Assembly: GCA_963695335.1 (NCBI GenBank)
Contig: OY968764.1
Coordinates: forward strand, 1,152,001-1,216,000
Length of the DNA: 64,000 bases
Direction: 5' to 3'
Origin: an uncultured bacterium
GTDB taxonomy: Bacteria > Babelota > Babeliae > Babelales > Vermiphilaceae
Positions within the stretch are counted from its first letter, which is position 1, and each line of letters begins with the position of its first letter. The notes under the pieces are model-generated. The model worked only from the letters and a program-made list of their open reading frames with translations. It did not search any database and was not told where the DNA came from. The position numbers and the translations under genes were made by a program. This document shows, one piece after another, positions 18,626-29,600 of this stretch.

Positions 18626-19633
18626 TTATGCTTCTTGTTGCAAATATTTCTGTGCTGCTGCAATACGCGCCTCAGGACTTGGATGCGCACCTAAGAAAGT
18701 ATTATGATAAATATATCTACGTGCCTTATCAATATTATGACCAAATTTTTCTAAATAATAACGAGGCATTAAATCAAAATAATAATCCGAAAATGTAAGA
18801 TCTACTTTATTTTGTTGTAATAGATTATGAATAGCTACAAACTCTTCTTCTCGTAATTGTTCTTTTCCTAAAATAAATTCAAAGAATTCAACAATTCCTT
18901 CGCTTTTACCATTATCACATGCAAATGCATCTGCTTCTTTTTCAAACTGTTTATTAATAACCAATGGAGGTAACAATAAACATCCTTGCAGCACTGCCAC
19001 TTTCTTTGCTATAAGACCACCTAATTTCAAAAATTTCTCTGCTTCTGTCTCAGAAGAATATACACGCACGCTTTCAAGATCCAATGCTTTACACAATAAA
19101 CGATAAAGAAGATAACTCATAGCCATTAAACCAAGGATTTTATTCACATGATTATGTTTAATATGACCAATTTCATGCGCAACAATCGCTTCCAAAGCTT
19201 CATCTGAAACTTCATGCATTAATTTTTGACCAATAATAATACCACCAGTACTAGCAAATAATTTTTGAGCAAAAGCATTAAAAAAACCATCGTGACGAGT
19301 TACAAAAATAGTAGGCGTTGCAATATCAGCCTTTTTACAAATACCGTCTACATATTCATAAAGTTTTGGTAAAGTATCTGGGGTAACAAGAATAACATCC
19401 AGACCAAGAAAACCCGATCTTACAAATCTTTGGAAAGATGTTAAGTTTTTATAAATAGTTATATCGCTTTGAATTCTAGCCAATCCAGAATGAGCATATT
19501 CATCAAACATTTCTTTAGTAGCCGGAGCTTTTTTATAAGCTTTCAACTCACTGTAATACACACCATGATTACCCGCAGATACCATCACATGCGATATAAT
19601 CAGCAAACCAGATAATATTTTCGACAAATTCAT
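18626..19633 (-). CDS. M48-family zinc metallopeptidase
   Basis: NAFA, AHEIGH, EKEADAFA, HPSPEARI. Confidence 0.88.
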   Translation of the reverse strand: MNLSKILSGLLIISHVMVSAGNHGVYYSELKAYKKAPATKEMFDEYAHSGLARIQSDITIYKNLTSFQRFVRSGFLGLDVILVTPDTLPKLYEYVDGICKKADIATPTIFVTRHDGFFNAFAQKLFASTGGIIIGQKLMHEVSDEALEAIVAHEIGHIKHNHVNKILGLMAMSYLLYRLLCKALDLESVRVYSSETEAEKFLKLGGLIAKKVAVLQGCLLLPPLVINKQFEKEADAFACDNGKSEGIVEFFEFILGKEQLREEEFVAIHNLLQQNKVDLTFSDYYFDLMPRYYLEKFGHNIDKARRYIYHNTFLGAHPSPEARIAAAQKYLQQEA

Positions 19634-19762
19634 GCAAACCCCTTACATATGGTTAAAAACGCAGACTAATACTCTATTAAAATCTTACCAGATATTTTAA
19701 CTTTGGTCAAAAAAAGGGCCTTTTTAAGGCCCCTTTCTTCTATTCTTTTTAACAACACATTA

Positions 19763-20278
19763 CTACTTTTTTTCCGGTATAGTCTTTGTAATAATCGCAA
19801 TAGATCGTACATAATCATGATCAATCTGCTCTTGAGCCGCTTGGACATTAGCAAATTTAATAATCACGCTGCCCTGCAGCAAAGCCTTGATATCTTCTAT
19901 GCTCTGCGCATCAGGGTAATGTTCCTGCAAATACTGAATCATCTCATCATCCGTTTTGCCCACCACATCATACCCAAAACGGTCATAAAAATACTTTTTT
20001 AATAACGCAGAGACAGTGACATAAAATTCTTTACCATACAAAACATCAACTTTATGCTCTTGTTTGAGTTGATTCAAATCTGCAAGTGCTTGATCCCACA
20101 ACGGTAATTTTTTTCTTTTGCGATATTGCATGTATTTTCTAATCACAAGTGCAACAACTAATAACATCACAGAAATTGCGATAATTTTTACCGCTAATTG
20201 GAACTTTTCGGTTTGCCAGATTGGTACGTGCCACAAACCATAATTTTCATATAAACCAGTCTTTTCATTTAACTTCAT
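19763..20278 (-). CDS. Membrane protein of the type found after DUF58 in MoxR/Bat loci
   Basis: Single TM, QALADL, KTDDEM, IIKFA; lies downstream of DUF58. Confidence 0.6.
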   Translation of the reverse strand: MKLNEKTGLYENYGLWHVPIWQTEKFQLAVKIIAISVMLLVVALVIRKYMQYRKRKKLPLWDQALADLNQLKQEHKVDVLYGKEFYVTVSALLKKYFYDRFGYDVVGKTDDEMIQYLQEHYPDAQSIEDIKALLQGSVIIKFANVQAAQEQIDHDYVRSIAIITKTIPEKK

Positions 20279-20321
20279 ATATTTTCTTTAATACATTACC
20301 TAAGTCAAATCCAGGGGTTCT

Positions 20322-20831
20322 TTATGCCTTTTTAAATTCATTATTCGCTTTATTCATCAACCCCAAAAGCCAATCACATGGAATAGCAATATTTTTTCTA
20401 TGATCAAACAATATAAGTTCTAATCCATGTTTTCCAGGCTTTATAACACCAATATCTTCACCATTACAAAGAAGCTCTATCACTAATTTAGAATCATTAT
20501 GAGGATCGTTTATAAAATCAGCTGTCCATTGTAATGTGCTATTATTCTCTATATATTCTAAGTTTTCTATTTTATTTGTTGGAATTTCTTTATCTAATGG
20601 AGCCCTTACAAGATCAAGATATTCTGCAAATATAGCACCCATTTTTTTATAATTTTCACGAGCTTCAGTCAAACTAATACCATTTGCACCACCCTTATAA
20701 TCAGGATCATTTCTCTGGATATTATCATCTTCCCAGTAACATACTGGGCATATGTCAAAAGATCCTGGTTTATCATCTAAAGTAAGATAACCACAGCATG
20801 GGCAACTATATTTAACTTTTGTTTTATTCAT
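20322..20831 (-). CDS. CPCC-family cysteine-rich protein (putative immunity protein)
   Basis: CPCCGYLTL...ICPVCYWEDD...GGANGISLTEARENY. Confidence 0.85.
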   Translation of the reverse strand: MNKTKVKYSCPCCGYLTLDDKPGSFDICPVCYWEDDNIQRNDPDYKGGANGISLTEARENYKKMGAIFAEYLDLVRAPLDKEIPTNKIENLEYIENNSTLQWTADFINDPHNDSKLVIELLCNGEDIGVIKPGKHGLELILFDHRKNIAIPCDWLLGLMNKANNEFKKA

Positions 20832-20838
20832 ATATTTT

Positions 20839-21171
20839 TTATGGTTTATATTTTTTAACCTGTTCTATCCAATAATTTATACCTTCAGTAGGCCGAAATA
20901 ACGTTTCTATAACTCCATCTGATTTTGCTATGGCCAATTCATTGGTTGCTTTATTATATCTAAATACCCAACCCTCTTTTGAAATAAATCCTTCAATATA
21001 ATGATTAACTTCACTATTTAAAAGAATTCTAGCTCTATCAAGATATTCAGCCATAGACATGGATATATTTCCCCATTCAGCTTTTTTAAGAACATGTTTA
21101 TTAAAATGTGTTTCTAATTTTCCTGGTGCAAAATTATTTGCTTTCCAATTACACAATGTGTATATCGCCAT
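20839..21171 (-). CDS. Small protein resembling a polymorphic-toxin C-terminal nuclease domain
   Basis: LETHFNKH..EYLDRA..YNKATNE..DGVIETLFRP..GINYW pattern; directly upstream of CPCC. Confidence 0.55.
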   Translation of the reverse strand: MAIYTLCNWKANNFAPGKLETHFNKHVLKKAEWGNISMSMAEYLDRARILLNSEVNHYIEGFISKEGWVFRYNKATNELAIAKSDGVIETLFRPTEGINYWIEQVKKYKP

Positions 21172-21239
21172 ATTTTTATTTTTATTAATAGTTCCAAATC
21201 TTTTTTATGGGGCCCCCAATTGAAAGTGTAAATTGGGGT

Positions 21240-22130
21240 TTAATACTGCATGCGTCGTCTAAAAAAATTAATCATCCCAGACAAATAATCTGTTCTATCT
21301 GGTGATACCTCAAAAAGATCAACTCCACAACGCCGCAATAGTTTATCTTGTTTATCAATACGCGCAGATAAAAACTTTTTTACTTCATTATTCCGCGTAT
21401 TGCGCAAATCCAACTCAACCAATTCACCTGTTTCCAAATCTTCCACTGTAATAAAACCAACGGATGGAATAGCTTTTTCATTGCCATCCAAACAGCGCAC
21501 TGCGATCAGATCATATTTACGCGCTGCCTGCGCCAAATACGTATCTAATGTATCATCAATAAAATCAGAAATAAGAAACACAATTGCATCACTTTTTTTA
21601 ATAGAAAGAAGATGCTGCAACGCTTTTGATATATCTGTTGTGGTTTGCTTTGGTTTAAAACTGAGCAGAGTTTCCATAATATAATGTATATGGTTTAAGC
21701 TGCTGCCAGGCGGAATATACGCTTCAATAGTGTCAGAAAACATCAAAAGCCCAACATGATCTTTACCATGCTGAGCTACGAGTGCCAATACACTTGCAAG
21801 TTCTACAATACGACTATTTTTATTCTGTTTTCCAGAACCAAACATTGATGATTGCGAAACATCTACGACTAAAAAAATTGTTCGGCTGCGCTCTTCTATA
21901 TACTGTTTTACCAACAGCTTATCATTGCGTGCTGATGCTTTCCAATCAATAAATCTGATATCATCACCAAAACTATATTCACGAATTTGATCAAATTCAA
22001 AGCCCGTGCCTTTAATTGCAGAACGGCTATCACCTACCAATGTTCCATTGAGTAGACGACGTGTAAAAATTTCCAACTGCTTAATCTTGTGCACAATTTC
22101 CGGCGAGACTAAACTCTTTTTTACCATCAT
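21240..22130 (-). CDS. DUF58 domain protein
   Basis: GFEFDQIREYSFGDDIRFIDWKASAR, DVSQSS, ISDF. Confidence 0.92.
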   Translation of the reverse strand: MMVKKSLVSPEIVHKIKQLEIFTRRLLNGTLVGDSRSAIKGTGFEFDQIREYSFGDDIRFIDWKASARNDKLLVKQYIEERSRTIFLVVDVSQSSMFGSGKQNKNSRIVELASVLALVAQHGKDHVGLLMFSDTIEAYIPPGSSLNHIHYIMETLLSFKPKQTTTDISKALQHLLSIKKSDAIVFLISDFIDDTLDTYLAQAARKYDLIAVRCLDGNEKAIPSVGFITVEDLETGELVELDLRNTRNNEVKKFLSARIDKQDKLLRRCGVDLFEVSPDRTDYLSGMINFFRRRMQY

Positions 22131-22144
22131 AATTCACTTATTAT

Positions 22145-23380
22145 TTAAAATAAGCCTTCATTCTTCAATATTTCTGGCAACTGAATGCTACCATCAGCTT
22201 GTTGATATGTTTCCATCAATGCAACCATCAAACGCGGTAATGCCAATGATGAACCATTCAGAGTGTGCACAAGCTGTGTTTTGCTATCAACTTTTTCTTT
22301 AAACCTGATCATACCGCGACGCGCCTGAAAATCAGTACAGTTACTGATTGATGAAACTTCTTTATATTCACCTTGCCCCGGGCACCACACTTCTAAATCA
22401 TATGTTTTAGCTGAAGCCCATGATGCATCTTGCCCGGCTAATAGCATCACACGATAATGCAAACCTAATGCCTGTAAAATACCTTCTGCGCACGCAAGCA
22501 TTCTTTGATGTTCTTCTTCAGACTTTTCTGGCTCACACATCGATACAATTTCTACCTTTTCAAATTGACGCATACGGATCAAACCACGTTCACTTGAACC
22601 ATACGCACCACCCTCACGCCTAAAACAGCTTGTAAATGCTGTCATGCGCAATGGTAAATCTGATGCAGCAAAAATATGATCGCGATACATATTGGTTAAG
22701 TTAACTTCTGATGTTGGGGTTAAAAAAAGATCATCGGATGGAACTGCAAAAACTTGATCCCTAAATTTAGGGAAGTTGCCGGTTGTTTCTAAAGATTTTT
22801 CATTCACAAACACAGAAGGTAATACAAAATTAAAACCATGCTTACGATTATGTTTGAGCATAAACATCGCCAAAGAAAAAAGCAGTGTAACACCATCACC
22901 TTTATATAAAGCAAGACTTGCACCACCAATTTTTGCCGATGTCTCAAAATCTAACCACCCAAGTTTTTCACCAAGATCCAAGTGATTTTGTGGTGTAAAT
23001 GAAAATGTTGGCTTTTCACCAAACATACTTACCACAAGATTTTCTTCTTTATTGCCGGCAGGAACTTCATCAAGTAACAAGTTTGGACATGCAAGATAAT
23101 ACTCTTTAAACGCATGCCCCAATGTTTCTAACTGCTGTTCTTTATCTTTTAACTGATTATTGAGCGCAATTGATTGTTCACGCAGCTCCGGCGTTATGCC
23201 CGACTTACCTTGCTTTGCCAACTCATTTTTTGCACAACGCAATTGCTCAACATCACTTTTAATTGCTCGTAACTCTTTATCTAATGTTATCAGCTTTGCC
23301 ACATCGTAATGCGGATCTTTTTTAGCAAGCGCTGCTATAACACGTTCAGGATTTTCACGCAAAAGCGTAAGGTCTATCAT
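22145..23380 (-). CDS. serS: Serine--tRNA ligase
   Basis: LTPTSEV, CFRREGG, QFEKVE, EVSSISNCTDFQARR, TLNGSSLA. Confidence 0.98.
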   Translation of the reverse strand: MIDLTLLRENPERVIAALAKKDPHYDVAKLITLDKELRAIKSDVEQLRCAKNELAKQGKSGITPELREQSIALNNQLKDKEQQLETLGHAFKEYYLACPNLLLDEVPAGNKEENLVVSMFGEKPTFSFTPQNHLDLGEKLGWLDFETSAKIGGASLALYKGDGVTLLFSLAMFMLKHNRKHGFNFVLPSVFVNEKSLETTGNFPKFRDQVFAVPSDDLFLTPTSEVNLTNMYRDHIFAASDLPLRMTAFTSCFRREGGAYGSSERGLIRMRQFEKVEIVSMCEPEKSEEEHQRMLACAEGILQALGLHYRVMLLAGQDASWASAKTYDLEVWCPGQGEYKEVSSISNCTDFQARRGMIRFKEKVDSKTQLVHTLNGSSLALPRLMVALMETYQQADGSIQLPEILKNEGLF

Positions 23381-23406
23381 TGAAATTCCCTTATGTAGAT
23401 TCCCCC

Positions 23407-23513
23407 CGCGCTCGTCCTGCCGTGTGCTCCGAAGCCTTTGGCGAAGGATGTAAGCCTGTCGAAGGATATCTTTGAGCGCGCTTTAATTCTTCAACAAGTT
23501 CAGAATGAGCGCG
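23407..23513. repeat. Inverted family-A pair, left copy interrupted by B'
   Basis: gcgctcgtcctg[ccgtgtgctccgaagcctttggcgaaggatgt]aagcctgtcgaagg...ttcaacaagttcagaatgagcgc. Confidence 0.85.
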
Positions 23514-23560
23514 ATAATAAAAAATATATTTTGAAAAAAGCATACCGCAAATAAGCCTTT

Positions 23561-23589
23561 TTGACTACAAGCAGAACATCATATACACT
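23561..23589 (+). promoter_or_regulatory. Putative sigma70 promoter of the giant ORF
   Basis: TTGACT-N17-TACACT, same hexamers as the tRNA cluster promoter. Confidence 0.55.
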
Positions 23590-23661
23590 AACCCATTACT
23601 GAGTAAAAAATTTCTCAATGTTCAATATTCAACAAAAAATACGATACTTCAAAGGTTTTTC

Positions 23662-26600
23662 ATGTTAGCACGATTAATTCAATCGATATTTTTTCTTTGC
23701 ATTTATACCTCACTGCAAGCAATGAATAAAAACCAAAAAGATATTGTACATGCTAAGCTCTATGAAAAATATCAAATAGCAGAAACTCCCCAAAATTATC
23801 GCTTAGTTATTCAACCACTCCCTGAACTAAACAGAGATGTTGAATTGATTAAAGCTAACCGCACCAAACTAGTAAATGAAACTAAAGAAGATAAACAAAT
23901 TCTTAATGAGTACAAAATAAAACAAGCTCTTGATACATACAATGCAATAAAAAATCGCCTACCCAATGATCTTTCCATCCTAAAACCAAAAACTCAAAAA
24001 AAATACAGTTCAATCAACAATGCCATTAAAAAATATGCCATTGAAGGCAATACAAACGCACAATCACTGATCATTGAACAGTATATAGATAAACTCAATC
24101 CATTATGTAACGCACCTGAATTTCTTGAAAAAATACAATTTCAACAATGCTTACATGCTTATGAGTTCCTTGATTTTACTGCAACAGTTAAAAGCAATAA
24201 CATTCCAGTAGCTACAACAGATTCTCAAGGAAAACAGCTCATCGACATCAGAAATCAAACAAACAAAACAAATCCTTCTGCATCATACATTATTCAGTCA
24301 ATATACTATTTGCAGTCTATTACAGAAAATGAAAGAAAATTTCGCTACTCAAAACTATCAAATATGAAGCCGGAAACTGCAGAAACTGAAATAATCTGCC
24401 AATTTCTCATTAACTATGGGGATGATACATTATCACCACAAGCTGTTGCAAAAAAATTTATCCAAGCTATCAACACCTGTGAAAATGACACAAAAAGCAT
24501 TATTCAAACCATTGAACATTGTGCAAACGGTACTGTATCACCACAAGATGTTACAATACAACTGATTCAAACTATTAAAGCCCAAAAAAAGAGTGCTGAT
24601 ATACTGAGCGCTATAGCAAAATCACCATTATTTCCCCATGTTATACAAAAACTGAATAATGCCATTCTCAATAGCACAAACAAACAACTTGTATCAGATA
24701 TTAATTATATTGTAGCTGAGCTCTATTATAGCAAGCTAGATTACAGCCAAGCTGATAGTTATTACAGAAAAAATAAGCCTGCATTTCTTAAAGAAAAAAA
24801 AGTGCAATACCATGCATTTAATGCAAACATTGCTACATCACAAAGTTTTAACAAAGAAGATATCAACTATCTCTCTTCTCTTGTGGGCAACACTTATAAT
24901 CAATTGAAAAAAATAGATACAACCAATCCAGAACTATCATACAAAGTAGGGTTACTGATACACGCACTGGTCAATAATACCCCTGCTATGAACATCGCAG
25001 AAAAAATTGAAATGCTCCATGATGCATTACGTCACATTGAAAACACACACAAAGACGCTGCAACCTGCATAACATTACACACAACATTATCCACCATCTA
25101 CACGCAAAAAAATGATCATATTTCTGCGCTCAAACACACCACATCAGCTTTGCAACTACATGACAGCAACTCACAAGAATATGCCATAGCAAACATCCTT
25201 GATAACGCAGAAAAAAACAGTTGTGATTTTTATAAACAACACGTGCAATCAATACAATGCATCATCAATTTTATTAACAATGGCGTTGCAGATAGCACAA
25301 AAAATTGCAATCTACCATCTGAATTCATTTTATCTGATCTGTGGCAACAATTGCTCCCTTATTGTGATGCAACATACGCAAAAAACAAGAATGCCAATAA
25401 TGACATTCTCTATGCTATGGCACTCAGTCATACCGAAAGTGGCAATTATGATACAGCGTGCACATACATAGATGTATTACCACAACCCTTATCAAAAACA
25501 GCCCAACTTCTTAAAGCACGCATCTATACGGCAACACAAAAAACATTATCTGATGAAGAGCTGGAAGCTATCTTTAAAACATTTGTGCACAATAAAAAAA
25601 CATCCTCCACTGATCAAGAAACGACTGTTTCTCTATTGACACAATCAGATCGATCAGAACAATTGCTTGCTCAACCAAAAAATCATGATTTAGCAATTAA
25701 ATTAATTACCAAATTAAGCGATACATCAACATCACATGCTGCAATACTGTTAGCATTTAATATCACAAAACATCTTAAAACTACGCAGAGCTCCACCACC
25801 CAACAGTGGCAAGAAAAACTCAAATCATGCAATCAATTTTATACAAATATTGCAGCACCATCAGAATATAATGGCTACACTAATTTTGCAGCTGGCTTAT
25901 TACTGATGGAAAGTGGAATCACATACAGTTCTCGAATTATTTCATATTTTATTGCTGCACTTAATAGCAAAGAAGTATTACCAAAATCAGCTGAAGCAGC
26001 ACAAAAAGCAATTGCAGCACTGTACAATGAATGGGCGCTGGCAATACATGACGATTTCAACACACGCTTAGCATTATTTGATGAAGCACTGCAATACAAT
26101 AACAACAGTGCGATCCGATTTAATAAAGCAAGCGCTATTCTTGTAGATAGTGATGATCAAGATCTTATTAACGATGCATTACAGCTATTAGAAGAGAATA
26201 GTACACAAGATTGTCCTGAACGTACATTCTCTCAACTTGCACTCGCACAAGTATACTGCAATTACAGTCCTGATGCTGCGCGTTTACCAATATTAAAAAA
26301 ACTCATTCCACTTGATATCAACAAAGCAATTGCTTGCTTACAAAATCACAATAACCAACCAGAGCTCTTAAAACGGTTAATAAGCATATATGCTGGAGAA
26401 TCTATTTGGATACCAAAACAGCTCGCAGAACCGTATATTAACTTAGAACAAGCACTCCATTATATCAATGTGTTAATAGACACTGATAAATATAAGATTG
26501 ACTATATATCTCTCCGTATGGAACTGTATGTTAAGTTACATCACATTGATAACGCTATTGCAGACATTGATCTGATGCTCAATGCTCAAAACTTATCAAA

Positions 26601-29600
26601 TACACGTGGCGTAACCAAAGAAAAACTGTTATTCAGAAAATCAGAACTGCTCTTACAAAAAGAGCCTCATGAAGAACTCTACAATCAAATTCTTGAATGT
26701 GCTCAGCAACTCAAGACATATGATGAACGAGACGTAATACTTTTTAATATGTCCCCTCTTATCAAAGAACGTACAAAATATCTTGTAGACAACACTATTA
26801 TGACAGACAGTGCCATTGAATGGTGTTGTTTTGCAGTTAATTCTTGCGTAGCTGCTAATAACTGTAGAGAATCTGATGTTACACAACTCCTGTCAGCAGA
26901 TCTATTGTTAAGAGAGCCAACACAAGAACAAAAAGATCTTGCTCACTACATATTATCAGCTGCAAAGGCAGATAATCTTGATGCACAGCTCATTGCACTA
27001 CCTTATCTGAATGCAATAGGTTATGTAACCCAAAGCAACTTCACTGAAAGTTTACGATATAGCCATCAAGCATTGTGTAACCCGAAAAGCAGACAGAAAG
27101 AAGCAAATGTCACTTTCCTTATAGAATTGTTACAAAGTTATATAGTCAAAGAAGGAGTTATTTTAGCGTATTACATTCTTTGTGATTATTACAAAAATTA
27201 TCCCAAGAAAATTGAAAAAAGAATGCTCTTTCTTAATCAAGCAAAAAAATACGAACGCCCTGATGAGAGCGCTACAGATCTTATAGAAACAATATTCACT
27301 TCATGCAAACATGTGTTCTCAAAAAGTGTTGAGCTTTGTGTAAAAAATCAAAAAAATCTCAATAAGTTAACCTTAACCGATGCAATTGCAAGCTTTACCT
27401 ACGGTTCCATGTGCCAATATAGTAACAAAAAAGATACACTCACTTCAGCAATACTTTCTCTGGATATAGCCCAAAAACTTCTGTGTGAAAAATTTAAATT
27501 ACAGCAATATCGATCTCCTCTTCACTTCTTCCTTGGCAGTGCATATTATAAATTGGCTATACTCAATGAAAAAATTGATTATGAATTATTACGCAAAAGT
27601 GCACAGACTGAATATATACCGCCATTGCATAAAATGGCAGAAATATATATAGAACAACATGAAAATGGCAAACACGATATTCCTGTGAAAACAATTGATT
27701 TTATGCCATTACTCGCAAAAGATCTTAACTATCCACTTTCACGTGAATTGTTCAAGAAATGTGCAGATATAACAACACTCCAAGAAAAAAGAGAAGTAAG
27801 TGATGATAGTGACGACAAACCTGTTCTTGTCAAATTTACAGGCAACTCTACAGATCTTACGGCATTATTAGAAGCAAGCGCTACATACGTTACCTCGAAC
27901 ACCGAAATAAAAGAAAAAACTGGCATAGATTTAACATCAATTCCAGACAGGCAAATACATAAAAAAAATCAGGATTTAGCTACTATCGTTAAAGACCTGA
28001 ACAACACAGAATGCCCTCCCGAAATTATAGATGCAATGATTAATTTTGAAAAAGGCAATAAAGCTGCTGCATTAAAAGTGATACGCAATGCCGCTGCAAA
28101 ACATAAAATACCATCGGCATATATGCTCCTTGCCAGTAATTATTTACAAGGAGATGGAGTAAAACAAAATTATGCTCTATCACAAGAATATTTAGAAGAA
28201 GCTTTTAAATATGGTTTAGTTGGAAATCAGTTATGCAATGGTCATTTTTTTGGCACAGTATGCACATATCTGAGCGATTTGACACTCAAACATCTACCTT
28301 CTATGCAGCAACATTTATTACGTATCATCACGCAGGCACTCACAGACCATGGTGTTGATATCACCACTTTTTATGTTTTGGTCAAGGAATATACCAAATT
28401 AGATGTATCTTTACATACTGAAAAAAAAGATGTCGCTCCATTCATTAAAAATCATAATTATCAAGAAACATCCTCCGCTTTTCTTGCGGGATTACAAGCA
28501 TATCAACACAAAGATCGCAAAAAAGCTTTCGAATACATGTACAAAGCAGCAATAGATGAACATCATCCAAGCGCATGCCTTTATGCATCGTATCATTATT
28601 ATATCGGAGACATGGTTAAAAAAAATAATAAACAATCAAATGTTTTGCTTCTCGAAGCGCTTGCTGATGGTCTCATAACAGGACAATTTTGCTCGCCTCA
28701 ATTTTTAGAAGAATTAGTTGCATACACAAAAGAAATACTAAAAAACAAAAATGATAACACAGCCTACTCATTGCAAATCATAAAATCTGCGTTGACTGTT
28801 CAAGGAATTGATCCATCCTATTTTTGTAACATATATAAAGAATATACTGACACAGATCTCGCATCAGTTCCTGAGTGGTCAGAAACAGATACAAACACCA
28901 CCAATACAAATGCACCAGTACAACCACAACTATCGATTACTGATCTGCAAAAAAAAATGGTAAAAGATCACACAAATCGATTATCTGATGATTTTAAACA
29001 AGCTTTAACAGATGCCCTTAAAAAAGATATGACTAAGATGACTATCGCTGCCGATAAAAATGACTCCTGTGCCTGCATTATTATGGCTTTACATAATTTT
29101 ACAGGCGAAGGAGTTAAAAAATGTCTTTACCTATCAGGAGCTTACATAAAAGAAGCTCTTAAATATGGCTTAATCGAACAGCAGTTTTGCAATAATTTAT
29201 TCTTAAAAAAATTATGTTCATACATTAAAACAATAATCTCGGCAGAGTATGCACCTGATGACATACTATTTAAAAAACAGTTATTACATAAAATCAAAAA
29301 ATATCTTCTCATCAACAACATTGATCTTACCGACTTTTGTACTATAATGCTCAACGAAACTCAAATAGACCTACTAACATGCCTTGAATGGATAGAATCA
29401 GACAAGAATTATAAATTTACCGAACAGAAAAAATTACTCTTAAGAATTGATGCGATCAAAAATGACAGTGCTGTTGATAATTGTTTGCAAAAAGCTGTTA
29501 TCAATCTGCTTACAAACATGACAACTAAACAAGAAAATCAACCCAAAAATAAACTCTTCCAACAGCGAAGACCTAAAAACTCCCTTGCTTTTGCCGCTGT

